Part shown: positions 10,801 through 18,972 of the stretch, piece after piece | Layout: each line of letters begins with the position of its first letter | How positions within the stretch are numbered: position 1 is the stretch's first letter | Source: Elusimicrobiota bacterium | Lineage (GTDB): Bacteria; Elusimicrobiota; Elusimicrobia; Elusimicrobiales; UBA9959 | Assembly (NCBI GenBank): GCA_027340875.1 | Contig: DAIENX010000034.1 | Location: 1-30,865 of the forward strand | Direction: 5' to 3' | Length of the DNA: 30,865 nt | Position numbers and translations under genes: made by a program | Notes under the pieces: generated by a model | Told to the model about the DNA's origin: nothing | The model's database searches: none | What the model saw: the letters and a program-made list of their open reading frames with translations, nothing else

Positions 10801-11037
10801 ATGAAGCTTCATAAGCTTATCTTCCTGGGCGTACCCGCCATACTTCTCTGGGTGGCAGGCATCTTCGTCCTGGGGATCTTCCTGATAAAATGGTTCTGGA
10901 TGTGGACCGTCCCCGGCCTTTTCCCCGGCGCCGTCGCCTCCGGGATCGTGGCCGAGAAGATATCCTGGTGGACGGCCCTGAAGCTTTCCGTGCTGGTGGC
11001 TTTGCTCGCGGCGATAACTAACATCTCGAAGAGCTGA
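10801..11037 (+). CDS. Small Trp-rich membrane protein, unknown function
   Basis: 78-aa hydrophobic ORF filling the gap between the promoter and the solute-binding protein gene. Confidence 0.75.
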   Translation: MKLHKLIFLGVPAILLWVAGIFVLGIFLIKWFWMWTVPGLFPGAVASGIVAEKISWWTALKLSVLVALLAAITNISKS

Positions 11038-11048
11038 GAGGGGTCTGG

Positions 11049-12266
11049 GTGAGGAAAAAAATTCTCCTTCCGGTGCTGATGGCGGCCCTCTCCGCCTGCG
11101 CCCGCCCCGCCTCCGACGATTCCAGGACCATAGTGGTCTGGGAGCAGGAGGATGCCCAGGTAGCCCCCTATATCGATTCCGTCTTCGACGCCTTCAAGAA
11201 GCTGCCCGACAACGAGGGCGTCGAGATAACCCGCACCCATTATCAGACCGAAGACCTGCGCCAGCAGTTCCAGGCCGCCTCGCTGGCCGGCGTCCCTCCC
11301 GACCTGCTGCTGGGCCCCTCCGACACCGCCGGCCTCTACGCCGTCTCAGGCTTCATCGTCCCGCTGGAAGGGATGTTCGACTTCTCCAAGTTCAACGACC
11401 CGGTGGTGCAGGCTATCTCGCTCGACGGGCATATCTGGGGCGTTCCTGTCTCCAACGGCAACCACCTGCTGCTGTTCTTCAACAAGAAGTTCGTGAAGGA
11501 GTCTCCCCGCGATACGGCCGAGCTGTTCTCCTTCTGCGCCGGCGACGCGAAGCGCCTGAAGCTCGATCGCTGCATAGCTTTCGACATGGGGGAGCCCTTC
11601 TGGTTGATGCCGTGGCTTGGCGCGTTCGGCGGCTGGCCGATGGAGGGCAAGAAGCCCGCGCTGGACACCCAGCCGATGCGCGACACGCTGAATTTCTATC
11701 TCGACCTGAAATACAACAAGCAGTACGTGCCGATGGAGTGCGACTATAACTGCATGGACTCCCTGTTCAAGGAGAACAAGACGGCGTTCATCATCAACGG
11801 CGACTGGGCCATCTCCGGCTACCAGAAGCATTTCGGCAAGGATTTCGGTCTCGGCGTCATCCCTAAGCTCACGCAGACCGGCCGCTGGCCCACGCCGATG
11901 GTCAGCGGCAAATACTTCACGGTCAGCGCCGGCCTCAAGCCGGAGAAGCTGGCCCTGGTAAAGCGTCTGCTCGAGTTCTACACCTCTTATGACAACCAGG
12001 TGAAGCAGTACCAGGTGCTGACCCGCCTGCCGGCGCTGAAGGCCGCCGGGAAGGCGGGTGAGATAACCTCCGACCCGGTCTCGCGAGTCTCCATGGAACA
12101 GATACTGAAAGGCCGCCCCATGCCGATGGCCACTGAGATGCGCGCCGTCTGGGATTCCGCCCGCAACTACATGGGCCTGGCGACCACGAAGAAGATGGAC
12201 GTGGACACGGCCGTCCGGCGCATGCAGGAGAACGCGGACAAGAAAATAGCGGAGATGAACCGCTGA
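11049..12266 (+). CDS. Sugar ABC transporter solute-binding lipoprotein (MalE/CUT1-like)
   Basis: Lipobox LSAC; PDLL.GPSD, DGHIWGVP, IINGDWA, PMATEMRAVW (MalE-type C-terminal motif). GTG start. Confidence 0.9.
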   Translation: MRKKILLPVLMAALSACARPASDDSRTIVVWEQEDAQVAPYIDSVFDAFKKLPDNEGVEITRTHYQTEDLRQQFQAASLAGVPPDLLLGPSDTAGLYAVSGFIVPLEGMFDFSKFNDPVVQAISLDGHIWGVPVSNGNHLLLFFNKKFVKESPRDTAELFSFCAGDAKRLKLDRCIAFDMGEPFWLMPWLGAFGGWPMEGKKPALDTQPMRDTLNFYLDLKYNKQYVPMECDYNCMDSLFKENKTAFIINGDWAISGYQKHFGKDFGLGVIPKLTQTGRWPTPMVSGKYFTVSAGLKPEKLALVKRLLEFYTSYDNQVKQYQVLTRLPALKAAGKAGEITSDPVSRVSMEQILKGRPMPMATEMRAVWDSARNYMGLATTKKMDVDTAVRRMQENADKKIAEMNR

Positions 12267-12267
12267 T

Positions 12268-13452
12268 ATGGACATCCTCAGGTCGATATTCGAGGTCTCC
12301 GGCTTCATACTCCTGATAGCCGCCGGCGTGGCCGCCATGACCGGCTACCTCTATTCCCACTTCAAGTACTACGACCGCGCCTGGTACTGGCCCCTGGCGG
12401 TCGTGGCATACCCGCTCCTGGCGCTGCTGGGCCTCAAGGCCGCGGGTCTCTACTCCGACGGCGCGTTCGCCTGGCTGCTGGGCGCTTCCGCCCTGATCGC
12501 CGTATTTTTCCGCTATATAGTCAAGGGCCGCAACAGCCTGCCGTACCTCCTCCTGGCCCCGGCTTTCGTCGGCCTCGCCCTCCTGCTGGTCTACCCGTTC
12601 GTCTTTGAGGTCTATCTCTCCTTCCATGACCTTAAGCTGACCACGATAATGATGTGGAAGAACACGGGGAGTATCCCGTTCGTCTGGTTCCGCCAGTACG
12701 TCAACGTTTTCACGACTTCCCCCCTTTCCGAGGTCTCGTTCTGGGCGCTGCTGGGCAGGACGCTCCTCTGGACTTTCTCCAACGTGTTCTTCCACGTGGC
12801 CGGCGGCTTCGGACTGGCCCTGCTGCTCAACAACAGCATCCGCTTCAAGGGCGCCTACCGCACGCTGCTGGTGGTCCCGTGGGCGATGCCGCAGGTGGTG
12901 GCCGTGCTGGCGATGCGCGGCGAGTTCCACGCCACGAACGGCTTCGTCAATATCGTCCTGTCCAAGCTGGCCGCCGCCTTCCCCTTCCTGGCCCATCTCG
13001 GCCTGGGGCCGGTGCAGTGGCTCTCCGACTATCCCCTGCTTACCTGCACGCTGATAAACATCTGGCTCGGCATCCCCTTCATGATGGTTGTTATCCTCGG
13101 CGGCCTGCAGTCCATCTCCAAGTCCTATTACGACGCGGCCGACATCGACGGGGCCTCTTATTTCCAGAAGCTGCGCTACATCACGCTGCCGCTGATCAAG
13201 CCGGTGCTGATGCCGGCCGTGACCCTGGGTACCGTGTGGACCTTCAACAACATCAACGTGATCTACCTGGTCACCGGGCAGGCCGGCGGCACCGAGCAGG
13301 CGGACATCCTGGTGTCCGCGCTGTACAAGGCGGCCTTCACGTACAACCGCTACAGCTACTCGGCGGCCTTCGCGATAGTGGTGTTCGCGCTGCTGTTCTT
13401 CATCTCGGTATTCTATCTGCACGGCTTCGACGCCGCCAAGGAAGAGCGATGA
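12268..13452 (+). CDS. Sugar ABC transporter permease (MalF-like)
   Basis: YRTLLVVPWAMP, WLGIPFMM, EAA-like loop YYDAADIDGAS.FQKLRYITLP, FNNINVIYL. Confidence 0.92.
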   Translation: MDILRSIFEVSGFILLIAAGVAAMTGYLYSHFKYYDRAWYWPLAVVAYPLLALLGLKAAGLYSDGAFAWLLGASALIAVFFRYIVKGRNSLPYLLLAPAFVGLALLLVYPFVFEVYLSFHDLKLTTIMMWKNTGSIPFVWFRQYVNVFTTSPLSEVSFWALLGRTLLWTFSNVFFHVAGGFGLALLLNNSIRFKGAYRTLLVVPWAMPQVVAVLAMRGEFHATNGFVNIVLSKLAAAFPFLAHLGLGPVQWLSDYPLLTCTLINIWLGIPFMMVVILGGLQSISKSYYDAADIDGASYFQKLRYITLPLIKPVLMPAVTLGTVWTFNNINVIYLVTGQAGGTEQADILVSALYKAAFTYNRYSYSAAFAIVVFALLFFISVFYLHGFDAAKEER

Positions 13453-14315
13453 CCGGTAATTCCGAGGAACTGAGAAAGGCGCGGGAGCGCCGAAAGCGGC
13501 TGAAGTACCTGCTGATCCACATCGTAGTGATAGCGGCGTCCGCCGCATGCATCTATCCTCTGCTGCGAATCTTCTCCGTCTCGCTGCGCCCGGGAGACAA
13601 GCTGTTCTCCACCGACCTGTCGATAATCCCCGACGGAGCCTCTTTCAAGGCTTACGCCAGCCTGCTGAAGGATACGATGTTCCTGCGCTGGCTCTGGAAC
13701 TCCCTTCTGATCACGCTGGCTACGTCCTTCATAGGCGTCTCGCTGGCCTCCACGGCGGCCTACGCGTTCTCCCGCTTCCGCTTCCCCGGCAAGAAGGCCG
13801 GCCTCATCCTGCTGCTTTCCAGCCAGATGATCCCCGCAGGCATGCTCATTCTCCCGCTGTTCCTGATGATCATGAAACTGCGCCTGATGAACACCTACCT
13901 CGGCATGATCATCGCCTACTCCGTGTCCTCCCTGCCGTTCAGCATCTGGATACTAAAAGGCTATTACGACACGATACCGCGCTCTCTCGAGGAGGCCGCG
14001 CTGGTGGACGGCACCAGCCAGGTCGGCGCGTTCTGGCGCATCATCCTGCCGCTGTCCACCCCGGCGCTCAGCATCGCCTTCCTGTTCAATTTCACCACTG
14101 CCTGGAACGAGTACCTGGTCGCGCGCGTGGTGCTGTTCAGCGCGAAGCAGTACACGTGGACGCTCGGCCTCTTCGAACTGCAGGGCCAGTACATCACGCA
14201 GTGGGGCATGTTCGCGGCCGGCTCCATGCTGGTGACCATACCCGTGCTCTGCGTCTTCCTCTACTCCTCCAAGTGGCTTATCTCCGGCCTCACTCTCGGC
14301 AGCGTGAAAGGATAA
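13449..14315 (+). CDS. Sugar ABC transporter permease (MalG-like)
   Basis: WLWNS, AYAFSRFRFPG, KGYYDTIPRSLEEAALVDG, GLTLGSVKG. ATGA overlap at 13449. Confidence 0.92.
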   Translation: MTGNSEELRKARERRKRLKYLLIHIVVIAASAACIYPLLRIFSVSLRPGDKLFSTDLSIIPDGASFKAYASLLKDTMFLRWLWNSLLITLATSFIGVSLASTAAYAFSRFRFPGKKAGLILLLSSQMIPAGMLILPLFLMIMKLRLMNTYLGMIIAYSVSSLPFSIWILKGYYDTIPRSLEEAALVDGTSQVGAFWRIILPLSTPALSIAFLFNFTTAWNEYLVARVVLFSAKQYTWTLGLFELQGQYITQWGMFAAGSMLVTIPVLCVFLYSSKWLISGLTLGSVKG

Positions 14316-14318
14316 ACT

Positions 14319-15416
14319 ATGGCCTCCGTACAGTTCAAAGGGATAGTAAAGAAATTCAAGGACAATCTCGTCCTGAACGGCGTCGACGTGGACATCAAGG
14401 ACCACGAGTTCGTAGTGATCGTGGGACCCTCGGGCTGCGGCAAGACCACGCTGCTGCGCATGCTGGCCGGCCTCGAGGAGGTCACCGACGGGGAGATCAC
14501 GATAGACGGCCTGCGTGTCAACGAGCTGCACCCCTCCAAGCGCCAGATAGCGATGGTCTTCCAGGACTACGCCCTCTACCCCCACATGACGGTGGCGGAG
14601 AACATGAGCTTCGCCCTGCGCCTCAGCAACGCCCCCAGGAAAGAGATCTCCTCGCGCGTGGACGAGGCGGCTGGCATCCTGCAGCTCAGGAGCCTGCTGC
14701 TCCGCATGCCCAAGCAGCTCTCCGGCGGCCAGCGCCAGCGCGTGGCCATCGGGCGCGCTATAGTCCGCAAGCCCAAGGTCTTCCTCTTCGACGAGCCGCT
14801 CTCCAACCTGGACGCCAAGCTGCGCGAGGAGATGCGCGTGGAGATAGCCAAGCTCTACCAGCGCCTGAACGCCACCATAATCTACGTTACGCACGACCAG
14901 GTGGAGGCCATGACGCTGGCCGGCCGCATCGTGATCATGAACCAGGGGATAATCCAGCAGGTCGGCTCCCCTATAGAGGTGTACCGGAAGCCCGCCAACC
15001 TGTTCGTGGCCGGCTTCATAGGCAGCCCGACGATGAACTTCGTGCACGGCAAGCTGGCCGTGGAGAACGACAGGGTCTATTTCTCCAACGCCGACATCCG
15101 CATCTCTATCGCGGCCTTCCTGCTGCACGACCCGAAGAAATACGCCGGCCGCGAGGTGGTCCTGGGCGTACGCCCGGACGACGTGCTGGTGGGCCGCGAG
15201 GGCGCGGAGTGCTCGGAGAAGATGGAGGGCGTGCTCGAGGTCTCGGAACTGCTGGGCCACCGCGAGAACCTCTATCTCAACGTAGGCGGCACTCGCCTGC
15301 TGGCCACCGTGGAGGCCTTCTTCGACCGCAGTCCTGGCAGCGCGGTGCAGCTCTGTTTCAATTACCGCAACATGCACCTGTTCGACAAGGCCTCCGGCCG
15401 CCGTATAAGCGAATAG
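14319..15416 (+). CDS. Sugar ABC transporter ATP-binding protein (MalK/UgpC-like)
   Basis: GPSGCGKT, VFQDYALYPHM, LSGGQRQR, FLFDEPLSNLDAKLR, YVTHDQVEAMTL, FVAGFIGSP and a C-terminal TOBE region. Confidence 0.95.
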   Translation: MASVQFKGIVKKFKDNLVLNGVDVDIKDHEFVVIVGPSGCGKTTLLRMLAGLEEVTDGEITIDGLRVNELHPSKRQIAMVFQDYALYPHMTVAENMSFALRLSNAPRKEISSRVDEAAGILQLRSLLLRMPKQLSGGQRQRVAIGRAIVRKPKVFLFDEPLSNLDAKLREEMRVEIAKLYQRLNATIIYVTHDQVEAMTLAGRIVIMNQGIIQQVGSPIEVYRKPANLFVAGFIGSPTMNFVHGKLAVENDRVYFSNADIRISIAAFLLHDPKKYAGREVVLGVRPDDVLVGREGAECSEKMEGVLEVSELLGHRENLYLNVGGTRLLATVEAFFDRSPGSAVQLCFNYRNMHLFDKASGRRISE

Positions 15417-15454
15417 CCGGTTCCGGGGATTGGTCCCTCTACCTCCAAGTTTAA

Positions 15455-15495
15455 TATAATAAAAGGGTAAGATTTTGCAGCGACTATACGGAGGT
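15455..15495 (+). promoter_or_regulatory. -10 box and RBS of the ferredoxin gene
   Basis: TATAAT at 15455-15460 in an AT-rich stretch, and GGAGGT at 15490-15495. No convincing -35. Confidence 0.5.
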
Positions 15496-15500
15496 ATAAA

Positions 15501-15683
15501 ATGAAAGCTACCATAGATACTGACGCCTGCATCGGCTGCGGCCTCTGCGCCAACGACTGCCCGGACGTTTTCGAGATGAACGCCGATAAGGCCATCGTGA
15601 AGGGCGACGTCCCCGCCGGCAAGGAAGACGCCTGCAAGACCGCCGCCACCAACTGCCCCGTGCAGTGCATAAAGGTGAACTGA
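15501..15683 (+). CDS. Monocluster [4Fe-4S] ferredoxin
   Basis: CIGCGLC..DCPDVFEM...C......NCPVQCI, 60 aa, strong RBS. Confidence 0.95.
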   Translation: MKATIDTDACIGCGLCANDCPDVFEMNADKAIVKGDVPAGKEDACKTAATNCPVQCIKVN

Positions 15684-15707
15684 GCCTTACAAAAAGGCCT
15701 TTAACGG

Positions 15708-15734
15708 AACAGCCCGCGTAAGCGGGCTGTTTTA
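15708..15734 (+). terminator. Intrinsic terminator after the ferredoxin gene
   Basis: Perfect 10-bp stem AACAGCCCGC-GTAA-GCGGGCTGTT followed by TTAT. Confidence 0.85.
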
Positions 15735-15759
15735 TCTTGTCCTTCCCGGGTATATAATT

Positions 15760-15920
15760 GCGCGGGTGGCGGCGGATTCGGGGCCGGAGGGCCGTCGCGC
15801 AGGCCCGAGCTCGCATAGCGCGAGGGCCGGGTGGAGCGAAGCGACACCGCAGTGCGGGAGCGCGGCCACGGTGTGGCCGATAGCGTGCCCTACGGCCCGA
15901 ACCGCCGACAGGACCCGCGC
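15760..15920 (+). repeat. Branched-hairpin intergenic element, copy 1 (REP/MITE-like or ncRNA)
   Basis: Nested inverted arms GCGCGGGT/ACCCGCGC, CGGCGG/CCGCCG, TTCG/CGAA, GGCCG/CGGCC, AGGGC/GCCCT enclosing three hairpins. Shares ordered motifs with 29656-29773 on the minus strand. Confidence 0.75.
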
Positions 15921-15948
15921 GCAGTAAATAGTCCCGGCTGGACTTATC

Positions 15949-17214
15949 TTACGCCGTCTTCGCGCCGTCCTTGAGCTTCAGGAACGGTATCAGCAGCATG
16001 CCGGGTATCGTGGCTATGCAGACTATTATGAAGAACTCCGGGTAGCCCACCCGCTGCTGCAGGAAGCCGCTGACGAAGCCGGGCAGCATCATGCCGAAGG
16101 CCATGATGCCGGTGGAGATGGCGAAATGCGCCGTCTTGAACTTCTCCCCGGTCAGCGTTATCATGTAGAACATGAAGGCCGTGGTCCCCAGGCCGTAGCC
16201 GAACTGCTCTATCGCGACCAGGCCGTACACGAACTTGACCGGTAGCGAAGTGTGCATGGACATGTAGACATAGACCAGGTCCGGCGCGTTGAGCATGAAG
16301 GCCAGCGGCCAGATGGTGCGTTTCAGACCGTACCTGGAGATTATCCACCCGCCGAGCAGGCCGCCCACTATCAGCGAGATCAGCCCGACCGTGCCGTAGA
16401 TCATTCCCACGTCTGAAGTGGCCAGGGCGAGGCCGCCCGCCTCCGCCTTGTCCAGAAGGAAAGGCGCCGTCATCTTTCCCAGCATGGCCTCGCCGAACCT
16501 GTAGGTGAGGATGAACGTCAGGCCTATCCAGACGTTCTCCAGCTTGAAGTAGGCCCGAAAGACCTCCCCGAACTCGGCCAGCTGGCTGGCCTTGGAATGG
16601 TCCGGGTGGTCGGCCGCCGGGGCAGGCAGGAAGAGCCAGTGGTAGAGGAACAGGGCTCCCATGATGGCGGCCGCGGCCAGCAGGACCAACACCCAGCTCA
16701 TCGTTACGCCCGTCCTGGCCTCCAGCGAGCCGGCCAGTACGACCAGACCCCCCGTGCAGGTCAGCATGGCCATGCGGTAGAAGAAGGCCCGGATGCCCAC
16801 GAAGAAAGCCTGGTCGTGGTCGTTCATCGCTATCATGTAGAAGCCGTCCACGGCGATGTCGTGCGTGGCCGAGAAGACGGCTATCACCATGAAGCAAGCG
16901 GTGGCCAGGTAGAGGAAGCTGGGGGACTTTAGCGAGAGCGCGGCGGCCACCAGGCCTGCGGCCATCAGGGCCTGCGTCCAGATCGTCCAGGCGCGCTTGG
17001 TGAAATACATGTCTATCAGCGGCCCCCAGAACATCTTAATGGCCCACGGCAGGTAGAGTAGGCTGGTCCAGGCGGCTATCTCCTGGTTCGGGACCTCCAT
17101 CTTCTTGAAGATGATGACGGCCAGCACGTTGACTATCATGTACGGCAGACCTTCGGCGAAATAAGTGCTGGGGACGAAGCTCCAGGGGTTGCGGCTTTCT
17201 GCTCTCGCTATCAT
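15949..17214 (-). CDS. AmpG-family MFS permease (muropeptide transporter-like)
   Basis: PWSFVPSTYFAEGLPY, LPWAIKMFWGP, SATHDIAVDGFY, FKTAHFAISTG; about 12 TM segments. Confidence 0.88.
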   Translation of the reverse strand: MIARAESRNPWSFVPSTYFAEGLPYMIVNVLAVIIFKKMEVPNQEIAAWTSLLYLPWAIKMFWGPLIDMYFTKRAWTIWTQALMAAGLVAAALSLKSPSFLYLATACFMVIAVFSATHDIAVDGFYMIAMNDHDQAFFVGIRAFFYRMAMLTCTGGLVVLAGSLEARTGVTMSWVLVLLAAAAIMGALFLYHWLFLPAPAADHPDHSKASQLAEFGEVFRAYFKLENVWIGLTFILTYRFGEAMLGKMTAPFLLDKAEAGGLALATSDVGMIYGTVGLISLIVGGLLGGWIISRYGLKRTIWPLAFMLNAPDLVYVYMSMHTSLPVKFVYGLVAIEQFGYGLGTTAFMFYMITLTGEKFKTAHFAISTGIMAFGMMLPGFVSGFLQQRVGYPEFFIIVCIATIPGMLLIPFLKLKDGAKTA

Positions 17215-17301
17215 GCATTCTCCGTTGTCGCGCAGGATATAGCAATGATAGTAAATTCAAGCGCCGCGGTGACACCGGTCAAACAGGAGCGGCGTCCATT
17301 T

Positions 17302-17310
17302 TGATAGAAT
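17302..17310 (+). promoter_or_regulatory. Extended -10 promoter (TGaTAGAAT), probably yielding a leaderless mRNA
   Basis: TG-A-TAGAAT at 17302-17310, with 6 nt between it and ATG 17317, and no SD in that gap. Confidence 0.55.
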
Positions 17311-17316
17311 CGTCTT

Positions 17317-18972
17317 ATGGAGCTCCTCTCCCCGCTTTTCTCCCCCGGCTCCGCCGCCTGGACCGTCTTCCTGATCATGCTGGTATCGGCCGCGGGGCTG
17401 GCCCTGGGCAATATCCGGGTGCTCGGCGTGAACCTCGGCATAGCCGGAGTCCTGTTCTCCGGCATACTGGCAGGCCACTTCGGGCTGGCCGCCGACGGCC
17501 ATACGCTGGAGTTCCTGCGCGAGTTCGGCCTGATACTGTTCGTCTATTCCATAGGCACCCAGGTGGGGCCAGGCTTCTTCTCCCTTTTCCGCAAGCAGGG
17601 CATCCGCCTCAACCTGATAGCCGGCGGCGTTGTCCTGGGCGGGGCCGCCGCGGCGCTCCTCGGCGCCAAGTTGGTCGGGCTGGACCTGCCTACCGCGGTA
17701 GGGATGTATTCCGGCGCCGTAACCAATACCCCCTCCCTGGCGGCCGCGCAGCAGGCGCTTTCCGCGGTGCGCCCCGAGGCCGCCAACGCCGCCTCCGTGG
17801 CCTACGCGCTGGCCTACCCGGGCGCGATCATCGGTATCATCCTGACGATGGTCCTGATACGCAGGCTCTTCCGCAGTCAGGCCGACCGGGACATGCTGGA
17901 GGCGGGGCCCGACAAGCCGGCCTCCTCGCTGCAGGCCGCCAGCATCACGGTGGAGAACCGGAACCTGGACGGTCTCAGGATAATGGATATCCCGGCCCTC
18001 GACGAGTTGGGCATAGTGGTCTCCCGCGTGCTGCATGAGGGCGCTCTGTCGGTGGCCCATGACGACACCGTCCTGCGCGCCGGCGACACTCTGCTGGCCG
18101 TCGGACAGCCGGAAAGTGTCCGGAAGTTCACGTTGGTGGTGGGCTCCCTCAGTACTACCGACCTCAAGAAGATGCCCAGCCGCATCATCCATTCGCGCGT
18201 CATAGTCACCAAGAAGGACGTGATAGGCAAGACCCTCGGTGAGCTCGCGCTGGAGTCGCGCTACGACGTGGCCGTTACGCGGGCCGCCAGGGCCGACGTG
18301 GAGTTCCTGGTATCGGGTTCCTACGAGCTGCAGTTCGCGGATAACCTGGTGATAGTCGGCGAGGAGGCCGCGGTGGCCAAGGCGGCTTCGGCCCTGGGCA
18401 ATTCCCCGAAGGACCTCAACCACCCCCAGCTGATACCCGCCTTCATCGGCATAGCCGCGGGTGTGCTGCTGGGTTCCATCCCTATAGCCATCCCCGGCCT
18501 CTCCACCCCGGTGAAGCTGGGCCTTGCCGGCGGCCCGCTCATCATGGGCATACTCCTGAGCTATATACAGAGCATAGGCCCGCTGAGCTGGTACCTGCCG
18601 CCTGCCGGCAACCTGATGCTGCGGGAGCTAGGCATAGTCCTGTTCCTGGCCTGCGTCGGCCTTAAGGCCGGCGGCCGCTTCTTCGAGACCCTGGTCAGCG
18701 GGTCCGGAGCGACCATCGTTCTGCTCTCGTTCCTGGTCACCGTCCTGCCCATCCTGATCGCCGGCACCTTCGCCAAGGCGAGGCTGAAACTCAATTACAT
18801 GTCGTTGTGCGGGGCCCTGGCCGGGTCCATGACGGACCCCCCGGCGCTCGCTTTCGCCAACTCGCTGGCCCCGTCTAACCTCTCGGCGATGTCCTACGCC
18901 ACCGTCTATCCGCTGGTCATGATCATGCGAGTCATCTCGGCGCAGGTCATGGTCATACTCTTCTTCAGATGA
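17317..18972 (+). CDS. YidE/YbjL (AspT-family) transporter with two TrkA-C domains
   Basis: EFGLILFVYSIG.QVGPGFF, GAVTNTPSLAAAQ, KLGLAGGPL, GSMTDPPALAFA, YATVYPL. Confidence 0.93.
   Translation: MELLSPLFSPGSAAWTVFLIMLVSAAGLALGNIRVLGVNLGIAGVLFSGILAGHFGLAADGHTLEFLREFGLILFVYSIGTQVGPGFFSLFRKQGIRLNLIAGGVVLGGAAAALLGAKLVGLDLPTAVGMYSGAVTNTPSLAAAQQALSAVRPEAANAASVAYALAYPGAIIGIILTMVLIRRLFRSQADRDMLEAGPDKPASSLQAASITVENRNLDGLRIMDIPALDELGIVVSRVLHEGALSVAHDDTVLRAGDTLLAVGQPESVRKFTLVVGSLSTTDLKKMPSRIIHSRVIVTKKDVIGKTLGELALESRYDVAVTRAARADVEFLVSGSYELQFADNLVIVGEEAAVAKAASALGNSPKDLNHPQLIPAFIGIAAGVLLGSIPIAIPGLSTPVKLGLAGGPLIMGILLSYIQSIGPLSWYLPPAGNLMLRELGIVLFLACVGLKAGGRFFETLVSGSGATIVLLSFLVTVLPILIAGTFAKARLKLNYMSLCGALAGSMTDPPALAFANSLAPSNLSAMSYATVYPLVMIMRVISAQVMVILFFR

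Noticed and set aside
15760..15920. tRNA, SRP RNA, 6S RNA or tmRNA identity for the structured element
   Set aside because: There is no cloverleaf or T-loop and no SRP helix-8 motif. The structure is branched rather than a 6S-like rod with a central bubble, and there are two diverged copies. An Rfam scan is still needed to exclude these formally.
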